A stretch of DNA of 64,000 nucleotides from Raja brachyura (taxonomy: Eukaryota). Below the pieces are notes generated by a model, which did no database searches, was not told the origin of the DNA, and saw only the letters and a program-made list of their open reading frames with translations. The number at the start of each line of letters is the position of its first letter. The stretch's first letter is position 1. A program made the translations under genes and the position numbers. Positions 26,340-39,669 of the stretch are shown here, one piece after another. The stretch is from NCBI GenBank assembly GCA_963514005.1, contig OY740798.1, positions 31,682,001 through 31,746,000 on the forward strand, given 5' to 3'.

Positions 26340-26930
26340 TTTCTGAAGAAGCGTCCCGACCCACAATATTACCAAAGATGGACATAAAAGTGCTGGAGTA
26401 ACTCAGTGTGTCAGGTGGCATCTCTGGAAAAAAAAAGATGGGTGTCATTTCTGGTCGGGACCCTTGTTCAGACTTTCAGCAGGGGGTGGGGATGTTGGAG
26501 AGCTGGAAGCGAGACAAGAACCAGTTGCTAGCAGGCTGGTCGCCATTGACCTCAGGCATGGTAGAGTTTTGATTGGCCCATTGCAGGCCAGGGAAGGTGT
26601 AATATCAAGAGGGAAACAATGTAGAGACTGTGGAACTGGTGAAACCATTAGTGTGGAGAAAGGGGGCAAGAGGGGGAGGAGAGTGTTCTTTTAAGTAACT
26701 TAAAATTAGACAATTCAACACCCCCTACTTTCAGTCTGAGGAAGGCTCTTGACCCAAAACGTCACATCCCCTTCCTCCAGAGACGCTGCCTAACCCGCTC
26801 AGGTACGCCATCACTTTGTGTCTATCTTTGGTATAAACCAGCATCTGCAGTTCTTTTTTTCTATGTAATATTACCAATCCATGTTCACCAGAGATGCTGC
26901 CTAACCTCGTGGAGTTACCCCACAACTTGG
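26340..26930. mobile_element. Penelope 3' remnant (minus) flanked by oppositely oriented hammerhead-like repeats
   Basis: Minus unit 26375-26475; plus units at ~26343 and 26731 (CAGTCTGAGGAAGGCTCTTGACCCAAAACGTC). Confidence 0.6.
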
Positions 26931-28987
26931 TGTTGATATTTGTTCCTTTAACATTGGCCTGGCATGTTACCTCAGCGGCATTTTCTATTCCAATCGGTCC
27001 TAAAACTAGATGAACATGCCCACAAAGGCCACGGCAGGATCTGTGATTTAAATAAATTATACCAACTATGGAGGAATTATCAAAATTTGAGGAGAAATAT
27101 ATATTTGTAATGACAATTTGTGAAGGGAGACATCAGCAGTAAATCTAGAACAGGCAACACAGAACGCGCCATTCTTGCAACAAATTCACGAGAAAAATCT
27201 GGACTTTCTCACTTTTCTCTTATCTTCAATAATAATTTTGGAAATAAGATCTTTCTGCTATTTCTTACATTTGACTGCTTAAGCATCCGTCAGACATGCG
27301 AGGATGGCTGGACCTGGTAACTGCCAGTGAAACAACTTTTCCCAACTTCATTATTGCAAGGGTTCAGATACATTGTAAAGCAGTTTGTGAAATACAAAAT
27401 AGATAGCAAGCGTCAGACAACATCTATAGAAATGATTGAAAGGATCTATGGAAAGAAGAATTATCAAAAATGTTTGCTCCTTCCACGGGTGCTGCCTGAA
27501 TTGTTGAATGCTTCCAATATGTTACGTTTAGCAAAACACTGAGTCTGAGAAAGTGACCCGGCAAAAACATTGACTGTCCATTCCCTCCACAAATATGGCC
27601 TCACCAGCTGAGTCATAATAGAGTCATACAAGATGGAAATAGGCCCTCCGGCCCAACTTGCCCATGCTGACCAAGATGCCCTCTCTACACTAGTCCCATC
27701 TGCACATATTCCTCCAAACCTTCCTAGCTATGTACCTGTCCAAATGTCTTTTAAATGTTATAGTAGAAATTCTGTTCCTCCAGCACTTTGTGTTTTGTAC
27801 AAGACTTCAACATCAACAGTTCCTTTTGCCTTCATGTTCTATGTTTATAGAGCTGTGGGTTTGCTGGGACAACTCATACAACATTAAACGTGTCAAATAA
27901 ATTGGCCAGATTAAGTAAAAGTGGACAGTTTTAATCTCTAACTGGAACAATCCACATTTGTAAAGAATAGTACATCCTGGTCAATCAATAACAGCAATAA
28001 ATAATTTTGAGCAGAATCAGTTTTGAGTCATTCACATCATCATATTTGTGCTTAATATTTCTCATAAAATCAACCTCCTACTATTTGTGTTCACCAACTC
28101 AATCTTTAAATAATCCATTGGGTTGTTGAAATCATCACCGCTGCCTTAATTCTGTAGTTTAAACTGGGTTCTTGAGAACCACCCTTAATGCATATATTAT
28201 TACATCCTTAATGAATGGTATTTACTTATTTTATAAAATCAACTGCCATATTTTCCGCAAATGTGTTCCCATATCTGGATGACAAACCTTCAAATCATTC
28301 GCACTTGAAAATCAAACTGAGGTGTCGTACTTCCAACCTTCTGACCTAGCTCACAACTTCACTCTCCCAACATTTTACTACAAGTGTCCCTCTGCCCAAT
28401 CATCCACAGCTCCTTTATCGATGATATTCTGCCATTGTGAAATCAGGAATGGGAATGCATGCTGCTCAGTTTCATTTACAATTGCTCAGATTATGAAATA
28501 ACTCATGCTTACATGCAACATGACTTGTAACACACAGAGGCTAACAATTTTGTTTTGTACACTAGAGCCAGGCTGTGTCATTTTGCAGAAAGAGTCAAAC
28601 CAAATATAATTAACATCCATATATTCCTGCCTGGGAAGGGTCAATAAGCTATTGGCAAGAAACTCAACCATATAACCCATACAAAACTTTGATTACAACA
28701 GCAAATCAGAGGCTGGGAATCCTGGACCAAGAATCCTTACTCCACAAAGCCTTTCTAAAGTTGGACTGGCACCTAATCTTTCACAATAAGCTTGTACACC
28801 CTCTGCCATCAGCACACCATGACTTCAATATGTATCATCTACAAAATATATTGCAGTAATTTGCATGGGGTTTTTCGACAGAACTCCCCAATCTGAAAAC
28901 TGTAAACCACTTCTTTAATTTTAAGCATGTTGAGATATCCCAAAGTCATGAAAGGTGCCAAATAATTATCAGACTCTCCTTTTGCAC

Positions 28988-29385
28988 AGAAACATAGCAA
29001 AATAGGTGCAGGAGTAGGCCATTCGGCCCTTCGAGCCTGCACCGCCATTCAATATGATCATGGCTGATCATCCAACTCAGTATCATGTACCTGCCTTCTC
29101 TCCATACCCCCTGATCCCATTAGCCACAAGGGCCACATCTAACTCCCTCTTAAATGCAGCCAATGAACTGGCCTCAACTACCTTCTGTGGCAGAGAATTC
29201 CACAGATTCGCCACTCTCTGTGTGAAAAATGTTTTTCTCATCTCGGTCCTAAAAGACTTCCCCCTTATCCTTAAACTGTGGCCCCTTGTTCTGGACTTCC
29301 CCGACATCGGGAACAATCTTCCTGCATCTAGCCTGTCGACCCCTTAAGAATTTTGTACGATTCTATAAGATCCCCCCTCAATCTT
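28988..29385 (-). mobile_element. CR1 LINE 3' end
   Basis: ORF 29083-29316 SRTRGHSLRIRGKSFRTEMRK. Confidence 0.92.
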
Positions 29386-30264
29386 GCCTGGATTGAGCAA
29401 GGCCAGATAAAATAAGAACTAGTTGATAAGACGTGGTGATTAAAGAATATCAAGCTATGATTTTAAAAGTCAGTAGATTTGCCGGTCAAAACGTTTCACT
29501 GAGACACGTGTCAGACCACAAATTTTAACCGCATTTTTAACATCTTGTATAAATAATGTTTTAACTCAGGACAACTGAGTGTCAGAAAATTAATAATTAA
29601 TGAACCATGGTTGAAGGACGCGTCAGGCTGTAATCATTCTTTATCCTCCGAGGAATAATTATAACCCTTGAGTACCTGGTGTCATATAAAGGATGGGCGT
29701 TAGGCACTGATCAATTTAATTGATACATACAATCGTACAGTGAGCAAGATGCAAATGAGAAGAAACTGCTCGTGTTAAATTCCATCTTGGTCAACAGGTA
29801 AAATTCAGACTAAACTATGTAACAATATGTTGGCTTGAACACACAAACGATGACAAGGCATTAATCAATAAATGTCCAATCATCCAAAAATATGCTGATG
29901 ATCCCACAGTCATAAAATAAATGAATATCCCATGATATCTGTTCGCCCAAAAGCGATCTTCTTTAGTTGCCTATTGACAACCGGCTGGCCACATTCGTGT
30001 ACATGAGAGTTTTGACCTAAAGCCTCCCTCTCCATCACCAACTCAACAATTTAAGGATGAAAGACTGGGACCAGTGTGTATCCCCCCCCTCCCCCCCCCC
30101 CATGAGAATAGAATAGCAGCACCCAAATTGTATTATTAAAAGCAAGATTCTGAGGTGATAATTGTATTGATAGGGTGTTCCTTTGTGTTGCTCAAATGGT
30201 TCTAAGGGCATCAAAGGACAAACGGATTAGAACAAAATTTGCTTTGGATTATGGCTGGACTTAC

Positions 30265-30314
30265 TTGTTGATATTTAATGTATGGCTGTCGCAGGTTGGC
30301 TGCCTAACTATCTT
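30265..30314 (-). CDS. Candidate second coding exon (50 nt) of the unidentified minus-strand gene
   Basis: Acceptor tctctccatgttctag, donor AA|gtaagt; open in phase 0 (KIVRQPTCDSHTLNIN), compatible with exon 1. Confidence 0.35.
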
Positions 30315-31234
30315 CTAGAACATGGAGAGACCAGAGAACGTGCTAAACAAAAATTCAGCATGTTGAATATCCATTAACTCCTGCAAGTACAATTCAATAA
30401 ACTTGAAACTCATGAATTTATTAATACTGTGTAATGCCAAAGAAGCTAACCCAAACTTCTATTACTGGCCAATATAGGAGTTTAATAAGTATAAGAATAA
30501 TAATGCATTAAGTTAGGTCATAATGATTAAGCATAGCATATACACAGGCCATTTGGCCCAACTCACTTGTGCTGGTGTTTACACTCCACTTTAACATCTT
30601 CCTAACCCTCGCCATGAAACCCTACTATTATTCCCTTCTAGATACATTCCTCTCATGAATGTCTCTATTTATTTCCCATTAATTATTTCTACTTGCCTTA
30701 TCTATTCCTCATGGTCACATATTTTACTTCCCTACCACCTACCCTTCCCAAGATCCCTCAAAGGATGTTACATTTATGAATCTTAGAATTTACGACTTGG
30801 ACTTGTGCAAAAGTGGACATTTTCTTTACATTGTCTTCTTATCAGTTGTTAAAGAATTGTCAGTCTTAAATGACCTTTAACATTATCTCTCTGCTACCTC
30901 ATTTCTACAGGAACGAGTCCCACTGTTCAACCTTCTCTTGCAAGTATATCCTTTCAGTTCCGGTACAATTATTTTTGGCACCTTCATCAGCCCACCTACA
31001 TATATTTTAAAATGAGACCAGAAATGCAGACAGTTCTTCAAACCAGGTCTAATCAACGTCTAACAGAACAGCCTTGCATTTCAGTTCCATCTCCTCAGAA
31101 ATAAACAACTCTGATTTGGTTTCCTTTTTTAAAAATTACTTCATAAAACTGCATTGCTACTTTTCGTGGCGCACATGCACCTCTGAATTTCATTGCTTCT
31201 CTGCCAATCTAGACACCATTTCTGCCACCTAGTT

Positions 31235-31850
31235 AGAACATAGAATGGTACAGGACAGGAACAGGCCCTTGAGATGAGCATGAACGGTCAACGTCTGCCT
31301 GCAGATGATCTATATCCCTCCACATACATCTGCCTCTCTAAAAGCCTCTTAAATGCCACTATCATCTCTCCTCCACCGCCACCCTTGGCAGCACATTCCA
31401 GGCACCCACAAATACTTGCCTGTGCAACTGCTTTAAACATTGTCTATTCCACACATAAGCTATGTCCTCGAGCAGTGGACATTTCCACCATGGCAGGTTC
31501 TGACTTTCTACTCCATCTATGCCTCTCATAATGTTATATCCTTCCATCAGGGCTCCCCACAGCCTCTGACACACCAAGTTTCTGCAACCTCATTTTATAT
31601 TAATACCATCTAATCCAGGAAACATTCTGGTAAACCTCTTCTGCACCCTCTCCAAAACCTCCACTTCCTTCCTGTAACTGGTGACTAGAACTGCATATGA
31701 TACTCCCAATGCGGCCTAACCAAAGGTGCAACATGACCTCCTGACTCTTACACTCATTATTCCAATCGATGAAGGGAAGTATAGGTCTTCTTTACCACTC
31801 CAACTACTGTGTGTCATTTTCAGGGAGCTTTGGTCTTGGACCCCAAGATC
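31235..31850 (-). mobile_element. Old CR1 3' fragment
   Basis: Reverse reads LVRPHWEY..QF and GALMEGYNIMRGIDGVES. Confidence 0.75.
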
Positions 31851-32179
31851 CCAATGTACATCATTTCATTGTACATTGTTCTTCCAAGCAAAATACATGA
31901 TGTAATAAATGAAATACAATATATGTCCATTCTGGAAGTTTATCAATGGCTTCTTTTATTTTGTCACAGAACGTTTCGTAAAGTGTTGTGCAGACCAAGT
32001 CGTAAAGTGATCTTTAACTTTCAGATTCTAGGATTAGGAGAGTATGACACCTTAAATTCACACCAGGAAAAAAGGCATCAGTAAGAGTAGTGAAACCCAA
32101 GAAATAAAAAGGAATCAGAATAGGCTAACTCTACTTTTCTACTGTTAATGTAGCCCGTCACTTTATATACCCTTTATAC

Positions 32180-32462
32180 TTTAGGGTGTGGAAACACGCC
32201 CTTCAGCCCACTGAGTTCACGCCAACCATCGATCACCCTGTACACACTAGCATTATCCTACACCCTATGGAAAATGTTTACAATTTTAATTACAGAAGCC
32301 AATTAACCTACAAAACTGTACATCTTTGGAGTGTGGGAGGAAAGTAGAGTACCCGGAGGGAGAATGTACAAACTCCGTGCAGACAGTTCCTGTGGTCACG
32401 ATTGAACCTGGGTCTCCAGGGCTGTAAGGCAACAACTCCACTGCTGCGTTATTGTGCCGCCC
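32180..32462 (-). mobile_element. V-SINE/HE1-like SINE
   Basis: GGCGGCAC head, GGTTCAATC B box, V-core. Confidence 0.85.
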
Positions 32463-33427
32463 CTCTCTATACAATATGAATATTGTATATTACCAGACTA
32501 ACCTCAGGCCTTTTTGTGCCATTGAACTGGAATGCACATAAATGGCACTGTTAAACTAAATAATCTTAATATTTCCAGTTGAATGGTGAAATTCATATCT
32601 TGTTTGCAAATTTTTAGATTGTGACAGTGAGTTCATTTTAATTGGGAAAAGTGGCCCTCCAGACAACCAGCGAAGTGCCTAACACTGCAAAAACTATGCC
32701 AGACTTTGCAGTCATGCGAAACTACAATAAAAAAAACTATAACAGGAAGTTTATTTTACAAAACAAAATTGTTAATTAAATATAGATAATGTAGAATTTC
32801 CCTCACTGTCATTCGGGGCTTTGATTCAATGTGACATTATTTCAGCCAGCGTCTGGTTTGGATTAATTCTTATAAAAAGGAAGTAAACCTTTATTATTTC
32901 TAGTCCATTTATCCAACAAAAATCACAGGTGGATGGAGCGGTCCACAGCCCTGCTCAGAAGCAGTTAGTCATAATGGTGTTATGGACCATTACCCATGAA
33001 ACTGATAAGGTGTTAGTCTATCACGACCACATTTCAACTACTTTTGGAATGCATTCACATTGAGAACAGCCATTAGATTTTAAGAAATGCAATGTCTAAT
33101 ATGGAATAAAGATATGGAATAAAGGCAATATCGTACTTTTTCCTGGAATTTAAAAAAAAAATTCCATTCATTAAATCAGCGACAAAATTAAATGCTTTCA
33201 AGCAGAATATGTTATTAGACCCTCAATGGTGTCGTCAGACATCAGAACAGATAGATGTTGGATGACGTTACCTAATGTTACAAAATGTAAGTCGGATACT
33301 TTACCCACTGCCTGTTTTACTGGAATAGAAGCCAGATGGAGCAATATTACTGAAGAATGGTGCAGCAGATTCCTCAAAGCAAAAAAAAAAAGATTGCTGG
33401 AGGAACTCAGCGGGTTAAGCAGCATAA

Positions 33428-33745
33428 GAGTGGCACAGCTGGTAAGGCTGCTGCCTCACATCATCAAACACCCAAGTTCGATCCTGACCTCGAGTGCTGT
33501 CTGTGTGGAGTTTATATGTTTTGCCTGCAACAGCATGGGTTTCTTCTGGCTGCTCCGGTTTCCCCCGACATGCCAAAGACATGCAGATTTGTAGGTTAAT
33601 TCACCTCTGTAAATTGTCCCTGGTGTGTAGGGAGTAGATGCGAAAGTGGAATAACATAGAACTCGTGTGAACAGGTGGTTGTTGGTTGGCACGCAGCCTT
33701 CGGTTGGAGAGCCGGTGGGCCTGTTTCCATGCTGCATCTTTCAAT
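33428..33745 (+). mobile_element. V-SINE/HE1-like SINE inserted in an inverted Penelope-repeat pair (33392-33912)
   Basis: GTGGCACAGCTGGTA A box, AGTTCGATCC B box, GGTTTCCCCCGACATGCCAAAGAC core. Confidence 0.82.
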
Positions 33746-34329
33746 CAATGTTGGCATAGGGGCAGTCAACATTTCGGTTCATAACCCTACTGATGTAGGG
33801 TCTCAACCCAAAATGTTGATTATCCCTTTGCCTCCACAGATGTTGCTTAACCCACAGAGTTCATCCATCAGCTCATTTCTTGCTTCAGATTCTACATCTG
33901 CAGTCCCTTGTCCTCAAAATTACCCTCAAATACACCTGATCCTCAAAATTAGACTGGAATTCACACCAAGATATGGGAGGCGAACATCCATAGACTTAGT
34001 TCAATGTTATTTCTGAATGGTGGAAATAACATGGAAAACATCACGTTTTCAAAAGAAATTTACATTTTAAACATGTTACATATGTAAACATTACATTTAT
34101 AAAATGTAAAAAAAAACATTCTGCTAAATCCTGGTAGACGTTAACTTCCTTATGTATCTATTAATGTTTTAATGTTTTGCTGGAACAGGTCAAGCACGGA
34201 TACGTAGGATTATTGGGTTAGGTCCACTCGTAAATTTGAATTTGCAGTCATGGGTGTACTCGGTTAAATCATAATTGTAATTATGTTACACATGAACATC
34301 AAGATCATTCCGAAAGAACTTCACAATCC

Positions 34330-34960
34330 CTCAGCGTTAGGGCCCGGGAAGGACAACACTGGATCAGAAATTACTTCAGCCGGGCTCTCTGTCCATAGCG
34401 GCAGCGCAGCTTCTTGGAGCAGGAGAGGCAGCCACAGCGCGACAGGTGCACGGGGCAGACAGTGCTCCTCAGGTCGGCCAGCTCACATTCACATTCACAT
34501 CCCCACCCACCCCCTCCCCCTCTCTGCCGTCAATAATCAGCTCTCAATTCACCGTATCCTCACCTGAAGTATAAAGACGCTGCCCAGCAGCAACAACGGA
34601 GTCTTCCACCGACTCAATGCCATCTCATCCAGGAAACAAAACTAAATGCCGCGAACTTTCATTCCACCTTTCGCCTTCCGTGAAACTTCATTCGCGGCGG
34701 CGACTTTGTCAACTTATTTTCAGAGCGGGAGGGCGAGGGGGTAAAGAACAATTATTTTTTTTCCAAATAATCACTCAAACGAAGGGCATAACACACTCCG
34801 AGTTGCGTCTGAGCACCGACCTGCACTCAGTGGCAGAAGAAGGAAGAAAGTTTAGTCCAAAGAGAAGGTGGGGCCGCGCTCGGGGAGACGTCAGTCAGCG
34901 AGGCAGGGCGGGCAGTGCCGACCTGCTCCAACTCCAGGCACTGGCCAAACCAGCCAAGCT
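34330..34960 (-). promoter_or_regulatory. CpG-rich promoter/5'UTR region with CRE-like and GC-box motifs
   Basis: Locally high CpG; GACGTCA at ~34887 and GGGCGG at ~34906, upstream of the ATG on the minus strand. Confidence 0.55.
34564..34623 (-). CDS. First coding exon of an unidentified secreted or membrane protein (signal peptide-like MALSRWKTPLLLLGSVFILQ)
   Basis: gagATGG Kozak context, 20 codons with basic n-region and hydrophobic core, donor CAG|GTGAGG, in CpG-rich unique sequence. Confidence 0.65.
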
Positions 34961-34995
34961 GCTCATTTACCTGAAACTTCACCCAATAAAGCCTA

Positions 34996-35207
34996 ACATA
35001 GAAAATAGGTGCAGGAGGAGGCCATTCGGCCCATCGAGCCAGCACCGCCATTCAATATGATCATGGCTGATCATCGAAAATCAGTACCCTCACCCTGTTC
35101 CAGCTTTTTCCCCATATCCCTCGATTCTTTTAGCCCAAAGACCTAAATCTAACTCTCTCTTGAAAAAATCCAGTTAATTGGCCTCCACTGCCTTCTGTGC
35201 CAGAGAG
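34996..35207 (-). mobile_element. CR1 3' end
   Basis: CATAGAAAATAGGTGCAGGAGGAGGCCATTCGGCCC tail. Confidence 0.88.
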
Positions 35208-36125
35208 GTCCTCATTCTTCAGCGAACGGGGGTTCCCCTCTTCTACTATAGATGAAGCTCTCACCAGGGTCTCTTCTATACCCAGTAACTCTACTCTCAC
35301 TCCCCATCCCCCCCACTCGTAACAAGGGCAGAGTCCCCTTTGTCCACCCCACCGGCCGTCGCATACAACAAATAATCCTCCAACATTTTCGCCACCTCCA
35401 ACGGGATCACACCACTGACCACATCTTCCCGTCTCCTCCCCTGTTGGCTTTCCACACAGACCGCTCCCTCCGTAACTCCCTGGTCAATTCGCCCCTTCCC
35501 ACCCAAACCACCCCCTCTCCTGGCACTTTCTCTTGCAACCGAAGGAAATGCTACTCTTGTTGCTTTACCTCCCCCCCCCCCTTGACTCCTTTGAAGGACC
35601 CAAGCAGTCTTTCCAGGTGCGGCAGAGGTTCACCTGCACCTCCTCCAACCTCATCTATTGCATCCGCTGCTCGAGGTGTCAGCTGCCCTACATCGGTGAG
35701 ACCAAGCATAGGCTTGGCGATCGCTTCGCCCAACACCTCCACTCAGTTCGCATTAACCAACCTGATCTTCCGGTAGCTCAGCACGTCAACTCCCCCTCCC
35801 ATTCCGAATCCGACCTTTCTGTCCTGGGCCTCCTCCATGGTAAGAGTGAGACCCACCGTAAATTGGAGGAACACCTCATATTTCGCTTGGGCAGTTTGCA
35901 CCCCAGCGGTATGAACATTGACAACACGTCTCTAATTTCAGGTAGTCCCGGCTTTCTCCTCCCCTTCCCAGCTCTCCCTCAGCCCACTGTCTCCGCCTCT
36001 TCCTTTCTTCTTCCCGCCCCCCCCCCCCCCCCCCCACCCTCACATCAGTCTGAAGAAATGTTGCCTATTTACTTCGCTCCATAGATGCTGTCTCACCCGC
36101 TGAGTTTCTCCAGCATTTTTGTCCA
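35208..36125 (+). mobile_element. Penelope-like element 3' part (GIY-YIG endonuclease)
   Basis: FTCTSSNLIYCIRCSRCQLPYIGETKHRLGDRFAQH...HLIFRLGSLHPSGMNID; ends in CAGTCTGAAGAA repeat. Confidence 0.92.
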
Positions 36126-36599
36126 CCATGCATTTTAGTGATGTTGGACAGTGATCTGGGACCCAAGTGGGAAAGAATGTTTGATCAGAAATTGCAGTAA
36201 CGATAGATCAAAGTAACATTTTAAGTTGGAGGTTGCACCTTTAACATTGCAGCACACCAGTAAGCCAGCGTTGGAGGGCCGGCCTGGATTTGGTGCTCAA
36301 GCCTCTGAATGCCTCCATAAGACATCGAGACATATAACACTGAAATTGAGTCGCTGACAGCACTGAAGAGGTGTGTTCAATGGTCTGGGCATGTGCTGGA
36401 ATATGGGATTAATATAGATGGATGCACACTGGTAAGTGTGGATGCAGTGGACCAAAAGGCTTGTTTCCATGCCATACGATTTTATAAGTATGCTATTCGG
36501 CACACCTCATCTGCGCCAACCATGACTGCCCATTTACGCTAATTCTACATTTAGCCCATTTGCTATTTTCTGTTGATTTACATTAACTCTGTAGTTTCC

Positions 36600-38912
36600 A
36601 TGGAATCTGGATCAGTTCCTGCAGAGGGTAGCTAATGGAACCACTTTTTCAGAAAAGAGGGAGAGAGAAAACAGGGAATTACAGTGCATTCAGAAAGTAT
36701 TCAGACCCTTTCACTTTTTCCACATTTTGTTACGTTACAGCCTTATTCTAAAATTGATTTTTTTAATCATCAATGTACATATGATACCTCATAATAAAAA
36801 AGCAAAAACAGGTGTTTAGATATTTTTGCAAAGTAATTAAAAAGAAATTACTGAAATATCACATTTACATAAGTATTCAGACCCTCTGCTATGACACTCA
36901 AAATTGAGCTTTGGTGCATCCTTTTTCCGTTGATTATCCTTGAGATGTTTCTACAACTTGATTGGAGTCCACAAGTGGGAAATTAAATTGATTGTACATG
37001 ATTTAGAAAGGCACGCACATGTCTATATAAGGTCCCACAGTTGACAGTGCATGTCCGAGCAAAAACCAAGCCACAAAGACGAAGGAATCGTCCGTAGACC
37101 TCCGAGACAGGATTGTGTTGTGACACAGATGTGGGGAAGGGTATAAAACAATTTCAGCAGCATTGCAGGTCCCAAAGAGCACAACGGCCTCCGTCAATCT
37201 TAAATGGAAGAACTTGGAACCACCAGGACTCTTCATAGAGCTGGCCGCCCAGCCAAACTGAGCAATCAGGGGAGAACGGCCTTGGTCAGGGAGGAGACCA
37301 AGAACCCGATGGTCACTCTGACAGAGCTCCAGAGTTCCTCTGTGGAGATGGGAGAAACTTTCAAAAGGACAACTATATCTGCAACACTCCACTAATCAGG
37401 CCTTTATGGTAGAGTGGCCAGATGGAAGCCACTCCTCAGTAAAAGGCACATGACCGCCCGCTTGGAGTTTGCCAAAAGGCACCTAAACAAGATTCTCTGG
37501 CCTGACGAAACCAAGATTGAACTCTTTGGCCTGAATGCCAAGCATCACGTCTAGAGGAAACCAGGCACTGTTCATCACATGGCCAATACCATACCTACGG
37601 TGAAGCATGGTGGTGGCAGCATCATGCTGTGGGGATGTTTTTCAGTGACATGTGCTGGGAGACTAGTCAGGATCGAGGGAAAGAGGAACAGAGCAAAGTA
37701 CAGAGAGATCCTTGATGAAAACGTGCTATAGAGTGTTCTGGACCTCAGACTGGGGCAGAGGTTCACCTTCCAACAGGACAACGACCCTAAGCACACAGCC
37801 AAGACAACGCAGGAGTGACTTTCTGACAAGTCTGTGAATGTCCTTGAGTGGCCCAGCCAGAGCCCGGACTTGAACCCGATCAAATATCTCTGGATGGACC
37901 TGAAAATAGCTGTGAATCGACGCTCCCCATCCAACCTGACAGAGCTTCAGAGGATCTGCAGAGAAGAATTGGAGAAATTACCCAAATACAGGTGTGCCAA
38001 GCTTGTAGCGTCATACCCAAGAAGACTTGAGGCTGTAATCGCTGCCAAAGGTGCCTCGACAAAATACTGAATAAAGGGTCTGAATACTTGTGCGAATGTG
38101 ATATTTTAGTTATTTACTTTTAATTACTTTGCAAACATTTCTAAACACTTGTTTGCACTTTTTTAGTATGGGGTCATGTGTATAGATTGAAGATTTTTAA
38201 AAAATGAATCAATTTTAGAATAAGGCTGTAACGTAACAAAATGTGGAAGAAGTGAAGGGGTCTGAATAATTTCTGAATGCACTGTATAGACCAGTGGAGA
38301 GCATTGATGGAGGGGAAGATGCTTGAGTCGATTATTAATGATGTACCTGTAATAGCGCATTTGGAAAGCAGTGACAGGATTGGTCAAAGTCAGCTTTCAT
38401 TTATGAAGGGGAAATCATGCTTGACTAATCTTCTGGAATCTTTTGAGGATGTAACAAGTAGAATGAATAAAGGGGAGCCAGTGGATGTGGTGTATCTGGA
38501 CTTTCAAAAAGCCTTTGGCAAGGTTCCACATAAGAGATTAGTGTGCAAAATTACAGCACATGGGAATGGGGGTAGGGTATTGACATGGATGGAGAACTGG
38601 TTGGCAGACAGGAAACAAAGAGTAGGAATTAACGGGTCCTTTTCAGAATGGCAGGCAGATTACAAGAATTGTAATCCCTTACAATTCTTAAGGGATGTGA
38701 GAGGCTAAATACAGGAAAAATGTTCCCCATGTTGGGAGAGTCCAGAACCAAGGGTCACAATTTAAGAATAAGGGGTTGGCCATTTAGGACTGAGATGAGG
38801 AACAATTTTTTTCACCCAGAGAGTTGTGAATCTGTGGAATTCTCTGACACAGAAGGCAGTGGAGGCCAATTCACTGGATATATTCAAGAGGCAGTTAGAG
38901 GCACTTGGGGCT
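36600..38912 (+). mobile_element. CR1 ORF2 fragment split by the Tc1
   Basis: Removing the Tc1 restores AAAACAGGGAATTATAGACCAGT (KTGNYRPV); then GKSCLTNLLESFEDVT...VYLDFQKAF. Confidence 0.88.
36682..38284 (+). mobile_element. Full-length, inactivated Tc1 transposon (IR/DR type)
   Basis: TA TSDs; ~200-bp TIRs CAGTGCATTCAGAAAGTATTCAGACCC with internal direct repeat; transposase remnants [53 protein letters not shown]; start codon mutated and in-frame stops. Confidence 0.95.
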
Positions 38913-39669
38913 TGAATTTTAAATAAAATCCAAAAATAGAACTGAAGGCCTCATTGGAAAAATCAATTTTAAGGTTTCAGCAATAAATCTTCATGTCGAC
39001 TATAAATATCAACCATGAAAATTTTCAATTTTCATTCATTTATAAACTCAGTGCCACACGTGGATTTTAGACTGCCCATATTGAATGCTGGCAAATCCCA
39101 TTTCTTGTGGGATGCATTGGTCATTGGAATAATGGCAAGAACCTAGTAGACAATGGTAAAAATTAGTATTCATATTATTTTTAGTGGATATGTGTTTTTC
39201 TTAAATAGTTATTTCAATTCAGATTAATTTTGACAAAAGTTATTGCATTCCATGACAGAAGATCTTTAGGAATTGAATAGCAAAATAATAGAAAATTCAC
39301 ATTGAACTGAACCCATGTTTTATTTGAAAGGTCTTGTTGTATGCATCATTGAATTAAATTAGCTTAAACTTTTCAACATCCTCAGGAAAGCTAGTAGCTC
39401 AAAGGTGGGTGTACACAATAGGCCTTATTTTTCATGTTAGACAACATTCCTTCTCATATACATTCCTTCCTCTCAAAACACTATCAAAAAACAAGCTCAA
39501 CTGGCCAGTCACCTTATTACTATTTGCGAAGTATTGTTTCAAAGATAAGGAATTTTAGTTATGTGGCAACCTGTAGTTGGGGTTTTATCTTTAAAAATTA
39601 TAAGGACTCTTATGGTAGACCAATTCAAAATAATGAATAGTTTTATCATTGAGTTGACAGTGGGAAAAA

